DNA of 47,341 nt from Chiloscyllium plagiosum (taxonomy: Eukaryota), in NCBI RefSeq assembly GCF_004010195.1, contig NC_057758.1, positions 6,576,603 through 6,623,943 of the forward strand, written 5' to 3'. The position numbers and the translations under genes are program-made. Shown here piece by piece: positions 37,460-47,341 of the stretch; position 1 is the first letter of the stretch, and every line of letters starts with the position of its first letter. The notes beneath the pieces were generated by a model that saw nothing but the letters and a program-made list of their open reading frames with translations, searched no databases and was not told where the DNA came from.

Positions 37460-37920
37460 TGCCAGAGCATTCACAACAAAATTAATGGAGCTGAATTGTT
37501 TGATAATGATGTAATTAATATAATAATAGGATTGGATATTGGTTCCGATCATGTGGAATCTGTTTGGATTAAGCTGACATACAAGACACAAAAATAATAG
37601 TAAGTTTGGAATCGTTTTGTTGGTAGTGACCTGCAACTGGAAATTAAAAGTAAGAGAAATGTTAGAAAGAATAATGCACAATCATTGATCTCTTTAATCT
37701 GCATCCGGATTGGCAAAATCAATGAGTCACGTCTCCATAGAGGAGAAATTCCTGGAGTTGAGACAGCATCGTTCCATAACTCGTAGTCTGAGGAATCCTA
37801 GGGAAAACAGGACAACCCAGTGTTGGTGCTGGATAATGAGAATGAATAATTAATAATATTTTTGTCTGACATCCCTTGAGAATTAATGGCAACTATGAAG
37901 AGTAACATTTAACTCTGTGA
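37460..37920 (+). mobile_element. CR1-type endonuclease-region fragment, decayed
   Basis: VESVWIKL.., FNLHPDWQNQ, IEEKFLEL and EES*GKQDNPVLVLDNE resemble CR1 APE motifs (GDFNLHIDW, EEFLEC, EPTRE.AILD.VL.NE). Confidence 0.65.
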
Positions 37921-39734
37921 CGAGATTCCGTATCTCAATGTAGTAAAGGCCAACGGTATGAGATACATGATGGCGATGTGAGATTCGGGAATATAACTGA
38001 AATGTATATGTAAAAGTAAAACAAGGCATCCTAACACCACATGGATGAACTGCAGCATCATGTCTTGCATATTTGCAAATCATGACAGAACCATGATTTA
38101 CAGGAGGAATTAGAATTGGTATCAAACAGGAAGAATAGGAATAAGTATTGGTTGGAATTGGAATACAGACCTGAGAAGTCTTTCTAACATTGCTCTTACA
38201 TTTAATATCCAGTTTCAGGTCACTACCAACAAAACGATTCCAGACTTTCTACTATTTTTGTATCTTGGTGTATGTCAGCTTAATCCAAAAATATTCCACA
38301 TGATCAGAAACAATATCCAATTTCGAAATTAGCAAAGGAAGAATGGGATTGTTTGGAGATGGATACTTCATGACTGTGTGATTGATGTGGTCGGGGGTGG
38401 ATCCATCTGCGTGAACGCCTGAGAGATCAGTATAATGTGGCATTGATCCCTACCCATGAGTGACTGGGTGATCGATGTGATTGGAGTTTGCTCCACGGAG
38501 GACTGCCAGAGAGGCGTATTGCGTGGGGCAAAAGATTGACATGGAGAGTGTGCAGAAACGGAAAAGTGGAGGATGGGTGGAGAGTATGCACGGACTGAAT
38601 GTTGCATGAACCTTCTGAGGGGCAAGTACTGAAGGAATATCTCCCTTCCCGGGATTTCACTCCCACTTCTTCTCTTCCTCTCTCTTTTTCTCTGTTTCTC
38701 CTCTTTAATTTTCTCTCACTTTATCTGGTCATTAACATGTCTAACTACGTTTTTCTATCTGATTCACTTCCCCTTTTGCGACCTTACTGTTCCTCCTCTC
38801 TAAATTATCTGCCTTCTTTTTCTTACACCGTCTCCGTGTCTGTCCGTCCCTCTCACTCCATTTATCTGCTTGCGACCAAACAAATGGAGGAGTGGAGAGT
38901 GTGGAAATACAAAGGTGTTTTTACGTACTTTGGGTAAGGCATGGGGAAAGAGTGATAGGGATACGTTGTGCATGGATAGCAAATCGATGAAGGAAATCAG
39001 TTGCAATACTAAGAGTTAGTAAAGTTTTCAATTGGGCAAAACATCTGGGCGTAATTTTTAAAGGGAAATATTCGGAAGGATGAGCAATATTTCGGCAAGG
39101 ACATTTTTGAGCAGACAAAGCATTGGGGAAGCGGGCAAAACTTAGGGAGGTGGCAATATCGGCGATATGTAAAACTGGGGAAAATGCAGCATTAAGGGTA
39201 CAAACGCTCTGTAAAAATAAAGCTATATGACACACAAAATAGATTCACTTTGGTTGCAAAATTACGGGACTGCAAAATTGAGACAGCAATACTTTGGGGG
39301 CACACAGAGTGTGAGGAAAAGTAGGAAGTTGCATGGTCGGGGGATTACACAGAGAATGAAGTGCAGAGTTTAAGATTGGAATAATGGGGGCTGTAAATCA
39401 TGTGGGCGCTGAGAAAATATTGTAAAAGAGTCTGCAAAATGTTGCAGGATGTATAAATTTGTGCACTGAAAATTTGGAGGCGATCGTTTACCCTGCTTTA
39501 CTATCATTCTGCCTATCTGTCTCTCCCACTTCCTCGTGGGATCCAGGATCCCGTGCAAGGGCCGAATACGTCCTCTGTGGTCCACGGGTTCTTGATAATA
39601 TCATTGCAATCACCACTTATTCGCAATTTCCTTTGTATCAGAGCTTCATTCATAAAGACCTGTGCACTGTTCATGATCCATGTAAAAACGTTCCGTATTC
39701 CCATTAGTGCTAGTATTATCACTTAATACCTAAA

Positions 39735-39970
39735 CTGCTGGAATCACGCCATTCGGCCCATCAGGTCCAGACCGATCCTTTGAAGGGCATACCGGGCTGA
39801 GCCAGCCAAACCACACATTTCTCAATATATCAAAACAGGGCAAGTTTCCACTGTGGAAGGAAAACAGAACACGCTGGAGACTATGCAAATTCCACACAGA
39901 GTGAAATTGAATCCGGTTCCTGGTGTTGGGAGGCAGCACTATTAAATTCTGAGCCACAATGTCGCTCCAA
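39735..39970 (-). mobile_element. HE1-type SINE, decayed and internally deleted
   Basis: gccattcggcccatc.. tail; gcaaattccacacaga..gaatccggttcctggtgttgggaggcagcact..ctgagccac is the reverse complement of the tRNA-like head. Confidence 0.7.
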
Positions 39971-40751
39971 TCTCCACTATCTGCAATAATGTCATAGTCT
40001 CATTTAACTGAATTTTATATATTCTAAACAATGTTAAAGACTGAATTGATTGTAGAATCTGACTTCTTAATTGTGGAAGCATCTTACAATTTTTTGTGAC
40101 CTATTAATATTGCCGGCCTGCCACCTAATCTTATTATTCAATTGCTGAATCACTTTATAAGAGCAAGGGTTCTGTGGTTATGATTCTGTTTTTGTGGTTG
40201 TAGTAAGTATTTTGGGCGAAGATTTGCTGTGCACTTATTCGGTCTTCATTTAATTTGTATGAAATTGCAAATACATTTACTCAGTAATAAGTGTGAATTC
40301 ACGTCAAGAATTGTCACATTTACTCATTCTCTGATGTGGAAAGGTTGAACAATTAATGTTAACCAGCTTTTTTGTTAGTTATGCAATTTCTAGACTGAAT
40401 TTGGGAGATACTAAGTTTTTCAATCAAATCATGACGTTGATAAAGTACGTTAATTTGTCCAATTCCGCCAATGGTGGCTAGTCTTACAGTAGATTCCAGA
40501 AGTCAAGCTCAAATCCTTGCGAAAATCGAATCAGTTCTTCCTTAAGCCATTTGTTATTCATGCTTCAGGTTTTGTTGATGCAACAAAATTTTCTTTACAA
40601 TAGACTTACAAATAGAGGTGAAAACGATATCAACAAATGGCGTATTGCGGAAAGAATAAAAGAGAGGCTGATGCAAATATCATTATTGTTCCACAATCTG
40701 AGAGCTCTGAATGTTTGGATATTTCTGTGTTACAAAGAAAATATGAGGTAT

Positions 40752-41251
40752 NNNNNNNNNNNNNNNNNNNNNNNNNNNNNNNNNNNNNNNNNNNNNNNNN
40801 NNNNNNNNNNNNNNNNNNNNNNNNNNNNNNNNNNNNNNNNNNNNNNNNNNNNNNNNNNNNNNNNNNNNNNNNNNNNNNNNNNNNNNNNNNNNNNNNNNNN
40901 NNNNNNNNNNNNNNNNNNNNNNNNNNNNNNNNNNNNNNNNNNNNNNNNNNNNNNNNNNNNNNNNNNNNNNNNNNNNNNNNNNNNNNNNNNNNNNNNNNNN
41001 NNNNNNNNNNNNNNNNNNNNNNNNNNNNNNNNNNNNNNNNNNNNNNNNNNNNNNNNNNNNNNNNNNNNNNNNNNNNNNNNNNNNNNNNNNNNNNNNNNNN
41101 NNNNNNNNNNNNNNNNNNNNNNNNNNNNNNNNNNNNNNNNNNNNNNNNNNNNNNNNNNNNNNNNNNNNNNNNNNNNNNNNNNNNNNNNNNNNNNNNNNNN
41201 NNNNNNNNNNNNNNNNNNNNNNNNNNNNNNNNNNNNNNNNNNNNNNNNNNN
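40752..41251. other. Assembly gap (500 N)
   Basis: Exactly 500 N. Confidence 1.
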
Positions 41252-42329
41252 CATTGGACAGCAGGTGGTAATGAGTTGGGGGATTGTGCTGAAAGAGGAG
41301 GGGGAGCGTAGAAAAATATCAAAAGGTTTCATGCCCACTGAAAACGCAGCGGCACCTTCATTCTTTTCACTATCCAGACGTGATTGGACCTGGCCGGTCT
41401 AACATTTGTCGTTCATCCATTGATTTCCTTCTTTGAGAAGATGTTGGGATTGGGCTCTTTCGTGAAACACCACAGTCCATATGCAGGAGACTGACTCACG
41501 GTAAACTGTTAGGGTAAGAAGTCCAGGATCTTGAACAAGCAAAATAGATGGTGGCCGAGGGGTCGCACTATGATGGTGATGCCATTCAACATCAAGGGGC
41601 GACTGTGAGTTTCTCTCTCAGTGGGAGACCTCGGATTTTGACAGTGATATGATTCAGTAATGGTAATGCCATTAGAGGTCAAGATCACTGAACGAGTGAG
41701 CAGGGGGCTAACTCGGAAGGCTGCCGGAGGGGATTAAGTGACGAAGGTGTGAAATGCGAATCTGTGAGATGTTTTGATTAATAAAATCCGTGTTCAAACT
41801 GGTGAAATGTGGGGGTGAGAGGGAGATGGCCGGTGCCAGAATTGAGATTTGTTTTTGCTTTTTTCAGAAATAATACTGGGGAGTCAAATCCTGGGATGAA
41901 ACTGTGCCAGATCTCTGTGGCAACCAGGATAATCCCGGCGACTCACGGCTACATCCACACTCCACGTGTTGCCAGATGAGACGAACTGCATGATGGGTTG
42001 ACGTTAGCCAACGCAACGGCCTCCCAACTTCTGACAGCTGGCGAATTCATTTCAGCCTTTTCTGTGATAGCATCTTCTCAGGTACGCCAATCCCTAATCC
42101 CAACACCAGGACCCCTGATTAAGAAAAACTTCGTCAATCACTCGCCTGGGTAGACATTCATGCGCATTTTTTGTTGCAGCCATAGTGATGTACGTTACTT
42201 GCATGTATTCTGTCACTGGTGGGAGAACAGGATCAATGAAGGGGACGGGGATTAGAGGGCGTATGCGGATCTCAGAAGGCTTTCTTTCTCTCTTTCTCTG
42301 TCTCTCTGTCCCTCTCTCTCGCTCTCTCT

Positions 42330-42810
42330 AATACTGACACAGGCATCACATTGAACATGCAGACACCACACTGGGCACAGACTGATCTCACGCTGAACAC
42401 ACACTTATCCAACACTGATCACACAGACGCCAGACTGAACACAGAGGTGCCAAAACTGGCCACACAGGCCCCACACTGAACACAGACACTCCCACACTGA
42501 ATAATCAGACCAGACTCTCAATGCACACTGGCCCCGATGTGAAAACACAAATCCCAAACAGAAGACACGGACCGCAGAATGAAAGCACAGACCCCACTCT
42601 GAACACACAAAACCCACACTGAACATAAATACATTACTCTGAAGACATAGACCCAATAATGAACATGCGGACCCACATTTAATGCAAACTAATCCGACGT
42701 CTAACATACTGAACCAACTCTGAATACGCTGCCTCCACACTGAAGGCACAGACTCCAATCAAAACACATAGGCCCCACAGTGACCCCAAATTGAACACAC
42801 AGACCCACCC
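42330..42810. repeat. Degenerate ~20-bp minisatellite (consensus approx. cacagaccccacactgaaca)
   Basis: Recurrent cacactgaacac and cagacccca units with ~20-nt spacing. Confidence 0.8.
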
Positions 42811-42944
42811 TGTCACAAACCAATCTCCAACTTTGAAGTCACTCAAATCGTAATTAGCCTTCCTAATGTTGCACCCGAAGTCGTTAACCTCATAGTTCTC
42901 GAAATTACACCAAATCTGCTGTTCATTTTCCCACTCAGACTACG

Positions 42945-43255
42945 TGTGTGCGTCTCTGTGTGCCTCGTTATTTACCTGTTTACGTCTCTCGCTTTAGATT
43001 AGCACGTGTGTCTGCTTTTGAGTGTTTGTCGCGACTTATATGTCTCTCAGTGTTTCTGTGTGTGTCCTTGTCAGTGTTCGTGCATGTACGTGTGCGTGCA
43101 TCTGGGGTTGCTTATGTACGTGTTTATTGTCGTGTATTCATTTTTCTCCGCGTTTCTCTGGGTATTTTTGTCTGCCTCTATTTGCATATATTTGAGTGTG
43201 TGCGCACTTGTATGTATTCATATGCATTCTTGTGTGTATCCACATTTGTGTGCAT
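42945..43255. repeat. Degenerate TG-rich low-complexity tract
   Basis: Repeated gtgtgt/tgtctc/tgtatg units; source of spurious Cys/Val-rich ORFs. Confidence 0.75.
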
Positions 43256-43494
43256 CTCTTTTCTTCATCTTTGGTCCAAGGGATTTTTGCTCTTTTGAAA
43301 ATAAATCCACGAGTGTATGGATCAAAGCCTCTCTCTTGCCCTTTATCTCTCTCTCTATCTCGCGCGCGTTCGTGTTAAAGGAGATGCAATACCACAATCT
43401 GCTCGCCACCCCACAACACTACACATGAACCACGTTTCTTTTTTGAGAAGGCATCAAAGCGTACGAATCTGTTAGGTTTCACTGTTAGCAGGTA

Positions 43495-44020
43495 CAAACA
43501 TACAACACAGTAACAGGTCCTTCAAAAGACGAGTTTGTGCTGAACATGACGTTAAAGTAGTCTCAACGCTTCTCCTGTACTTGAACATATTCCTCCATTC
43601 CTTCCATATTCATATGCTTATCGAAATGTTCCTGAAAGTCCTCTATCATATCTGGATCCACGATCACCACTGACAGCGCGTTACAGACTCATAGTACCGC
43701 CTGTGAAAACAAAAACTTGCTCCTCACATTCCTTTGAAATTCCCCCCGTTTACTTTGGATGCAGGCTCCCTAGTTTTAGACATTACAACTCAGCGAAAAT
43801 GATTGTGACCGCCAACCTTTTCTACGCATGTCATGATTTATTTTTTTCAAATTCTATTCTCCGCCACTGCAGAGTTTTTCTGGAGTCACTTTATAGCTCG
43901 TGCCCTCTTAACCAGGTAGCATCCTGGTAAAACTCTTGTACACTCTTTCCATAGCTTCCAATTCCCTCCTGTAAACGTATTGCCCAGAAATGAACGTGTT
44001 GCCTGACCAATTCCTTATCA
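43495..44020 (-). mobile_element. CR1-type LINE 3' end, decayed
   Basis: Plus strand shows reverse-complement CR1 landmarks: acaggtccttc tail, gcgttacagactc, ccaggtagcatcctggtaaaactcttgtacactctttcc, and cccagaa..gcctgaccaa. Confidence 0.7.
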
Positions 44021-44079
44021 AGTTGCAACGTGATATCTTGTCTATTGTGTTAAGTTTCCTGAACATGATTCTTAATTAT

Positions 44080-44565
44080 CGAACAGTCCAGCACAGGCCA
44101 TTTGGTCCTCGATGTTTGGTCGGGCTTTTCGTTGAAGCCCTAAAGTGTGCAAACAGGCCATTCAACCCCACAAGAACACACCGACCCTCTGAAGATCAGC
44201 CAACCCAGAGCGATTCCATTACCTCCCCTCCACCCGCCCACCACCCGCCCATCCTTCAATGAGATGCATGTACCAAGAATGAGACCGATAGTAGAGAATA
44301 GTCCATGGTGAAATGAGACTTGTTGATATCACTGTTTAGCTTTATCAGTTACTCCTCTTTATGTGTGCAGAAGAAGAAAATGTAATTAACTTGCACATTC
44401 TTGAATACTCTGGGCAACTTAGCATGGCCAATTCAACTAAACTGCACATCTTTGGACTGTGGGAGGAAACAGGAAAAAAATGGGGAGAATGTGCCATCTC
44501 CATTCAGACAGCTGATACCTGGAGCTGTGACGCATTAGTGAGAACTACGGAGCCAACGTGCCGCC
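44080..44565 (-). mobile_element. HE1-type SINE remnant(s), interrupted
   Basis: acaggccattcaaccc..cacaccgaccctctgaag tail, ggcaacttagcatggccaattcaactaaactgcacatctttggactgtgggaggaaac core, and tRNA-like head near 44520-44565. Confidence 0.75.
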
Positions 44566-44754
44566 CTTTTGTCACGCTGTCAGATCAGACTATCTTCAAT
44601 ATCATTCATGTACTGGCAAACATTCCACGTACACCCCCCCCCCCCCGACTAAAGTGACGTCTTCCCTGAACCTCCAATTATCTTGGAACTGTGACTCCTT
44701 GTAATAACCATTTCCACACTGGAAAAACGTCTGGTTATCCAATCTACCTATGGT

Positions 44755-45393
44755 TTGGTGATGCTGGATTTTAACTGGTGTGTACAAAGTTAGAAATCAC
44801 ACAGCAGCAGGTTATAGTCCAACATGTTTAATTGGAAGCACTTGCGTTCGGAGCGCTGCTCCTTCATCAGGTGGTTGTGGAGTATATGACTCGAAGAAAC
44901 AGAATTTATAGCAAAAGCTTACAGCGTGGTGTAACTGAAATTATACACTGAAAAATACCTTGATTGTTTGTTCAGTCTCTCATATGTTACAATGACCACA
45001 TTAGTTTCATTTGTTTTATATGAAAATGGCAATTTTTTTTAAAGTTACATTCTCCTGTAAAATTTGACAATTGGTGACAGCCCAGATAATGTATTGAACG
45101 TGTTAGTCCCGCTGTGCGCTGCTGTCTGTGCCATAATGTTTAGACTGTTTCTAATCTAAAGAAAAAAATTCACAAAATCGTACAAGGATTCATGCAGTTT
45201 TTGAGCAAAGTACAATACAAGTCTTCAAGTACAAATTCATCCCACAAACGTCTGTGTGCGCGGGTGTGTGTGGGGGGAAGTTATTGAGTGTCTGTGAGAG
45301 AGAGAGAATATGCGTGTGTGTGTGAGTGTACAGGGCCGTAAGTCTGTGAGAGGGTACTTGTGTGAGTGTGGGAGAGTGTGTGCCTTGTTCGAC

Positions 45394-45456
<63 letters not shown>

Positions 45457-45890
45457 CTATGTGTGTGTAGTAATGTCGGTGTGTGTATATAGTGCAATGG
45501 GGGTCACCTGTAGTATGACATGAACCAAGGTTCGGTTGAGGACATCCCTATGAGTAGTAAACTTGGCTATCAGCCTCTGCTCAGCTACCTTTTGCTGCTG
45601 CCTGTCTTGAAGTCCGCCTTGGAGGATGCTCACCCAAAAGTCCGAGGTCGAATGCCCCAGACGGCTAAATTGTTTTCCACATAGGAGGGAACACTCCTAT
45701 CTGTTCTGTTGATTGTTGTTTGGTGCACATTCTTCCATTGCTCTACCCTCCCCTCAGTTTCACCAATGTGCCATGCCTCAGGGCATCCTTGCCTACAGGC
45801 GCATGAGATAGAGAAAAATGGCTGAGTCGCATGAGTATCTGCCACACATATAGTGGGAGGTGTCCTCACATGTAATGGTGGTATCCATAC
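44755..45890 (-). mobile_element. Penelope-like element (probably Neptune-type): GIY-YIG domain, 3' UTR with (CA)n, terminal hammerhead-like motif
   Basis: CRQGCPEAWHIGETEGRVEQWKNVHQTTINR (GIY-YIG) and ..KVAEQRLIAKFTTHRD; terminal cctgatgaaggagcagcgctccgaa on the minus strand at 44847-44871. Confidence 0.85.
45396..45455. repeat. (TG)n microsatellite
   Basis: Pure tg run of about 60 nt inside the Penelope-like 3' UTR. Confidence 0.97.
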
Positions 45891-46330
45891 CCCCCTGTGT
45901 TCTCTATCGGTGCCATAATGTGAAGATGGATTCTAATCTGAGAAAAGAATTAATAGAATCTTAGAAGAATTCATGCAGTTTTGGAGCAAAGTACAACACA
46001 ACTCTACAAGTACAAATTCACACCACAAACGTACGTGTGTATGTTTGTGTGTGCGCATGTGTGCATGCATGTTTGTGTGTTGCGGCGGTTGTTGACAGTG
46101 TCTGTGAGAGAGTATATATATGTGTGCGTGTGTGAGTGCAGAGAGGTCTAAGTCTGTGAGAGGGCGCATGTGAGAGTGTGGGAGTGTGTGAATCAGTCGA
46201 ATTGTATGTCTGTGGGAGTATGTGTGTGTGCTATTGTGTGTTTTTATGTATGGTGTGCGTGTGCTTTGGATGTCCTCAACCGGTACCTTGGGTTTGTTTC
46301 ACACTACAGGTGACCCAATTGCACTATACA
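45891..46330 (-). mobile_element. Partial tandem copy of the Penelope-like 3' UTR with a short inverted segment
   Basis: 45891-46200 repeats ~45108-45380; 46273-46328 is the reverse complement of ~45487-45542. Confidence 0.8.
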
Positions 46331-46334
46331 AAGA

Positions 46335-47341
46335 AGAACAAAGAACAAAAAAGAAGAAAGACAAGTTACAGCACAGGAACAGGCCCATCGGCCCTCATAA
46401 CCTAAGACAACCAAATCTACTGTCTTAGCCTGTATCCCTCTGCTCCCCACCTACTCATGCATCTGTCCAGACGTTGCTTAAATGAATCTACCGTGCTTGC
46501 CTCTACCACCTCTACTGGCAACGTGTTCCAGCCACCCACCTCCCTTTGTGTCAAGTACATGCCACGTGTATCCCCCTTAAACTTTTCACCTCTCACGCTT
46601 GAAAGCGTGACCTCTTGTGGTTGAATCCTTCACCCTGGGAAAAAGCTTTTCTCTATCTACACTGTCTATACCTTTCATGATTTTTAAAATCTCAGGTCCC
46701 CCTCAAGCTTCTTTCTAATAAGAACTTAACCTATTCAATGTCTCTTCACAGATAGCACCTTCCATACCAGGAAACATCCTCATAAAAATGCTCTGCACGT
46801 TCTCCAAAGCGTGAGACCAAAACTGTACGCTGCATTCTAAATGCAGCCCAACCAATATCTTGTACACCTTTAACATGTCCTGCCAGCTCTTATACTCAAT
46901 ACCCCATCCGATGACGTCAAGCATATCATATGTCTTCTTGACCAGTATATGCACCTGTGCAGTAACCTTCAGGGTAAATTGGAATGCACTCCCAGACCTT
47001 TCTGTTCATCATCTTTTCCAAGGCTGTTCCTTTCACAGTAAATTTCGCTCTAGAATTAGACTTGTCTAAATGTATCATCTCCCATTTGTCTGGAATGAAC
47101 TTCATCTGCCAATTTTCCACCCAAATCTCCAGTCGACCTATATTTCCCTGTATTTTTCACAGCCCCTTATGCATTCTGCTACTCCACCAATCTTCGTGTC
47201 ATCTGCTAACTTGCTGATCATACCAACAGTGCCCTCTTCCAGATCATTTATGCATATCACACACAACAATGGTCCCAGCATTGATCCTTGTTGAATACCA
47301 CCAGTCACCTTTCTCCATTTCGAGAAACTCCCTTAAACTAC
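46335..47341 (-). mobile_element. CR1-type LINE 3' half (RT C-terminus and 3' UTR), running off the window end
   Basis: ENWQMKFIPDKWEMIHL and VKKTYDMLDVIGWGIEYKSWQDMLKVYKILVGLHLECSVQFWS; tail acagcacaggaacaggcccatcggccc. Confidence 0.92.

Noticed and set aside
38880..39480. Purine-rich stretch with recurring gcaaaa/ggg words
   Set aside because: No stable period or recognisable product by eye; likely an old degenerate satellite.
40551..41402. Long ORFs of 202-283 aa
   Set aside because: Same artefact across the second N gap.
42330..42810. Regularly spaced ~20-nt repeats suggesting a CRISPR array
   Set aside because: Degenerate head-to-tail minisatellite with no unique spacers, in a eukaryotic context with no cas genes.
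42948..43428. Hydrophobic Cys/Val-rich ORFs resembling membrane proteins
   Set aside because: Translation of TG-rich low-complexity DNA.

Overview
Repeat-dense vertebrate genomic DNA with no intact protein-coding gene. The repeat families (HE1-type SINEs, CR1/HER1-type LINEs, Penelope-like elements) and the GPR139-like GPCR remnants point to a cartilaginous fish, probably a carpet or bamboo shark; the taxon is inferred. The dominant structure is a very large inverted segmental duplication. Arm L (~269-12412) ends at a 500-N scaffold gap and arm R spans ~15778-29167. The arms were ~92% identical in one hand-counted block and carry arm-specific indels and tandem duplications. The spacer holds a decayed GPR139-like GPCR, and two more GPR139-like remnants lie at ~29.7 kb and ~36.3-37.0 kb, so the window is a decayed GPCR cluster. 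Short Penelope-related elements carrying minimal hammerhead-ribozyme-like motifs (CUGAnGA-helix II-GAAA) occur throughout, several as self-complementary fold-backs. Comparing the arms reveals two clear template-switch (hairpin-perfecting) mutations. Repeat boundaries are approximate and all family assignments are by eye.
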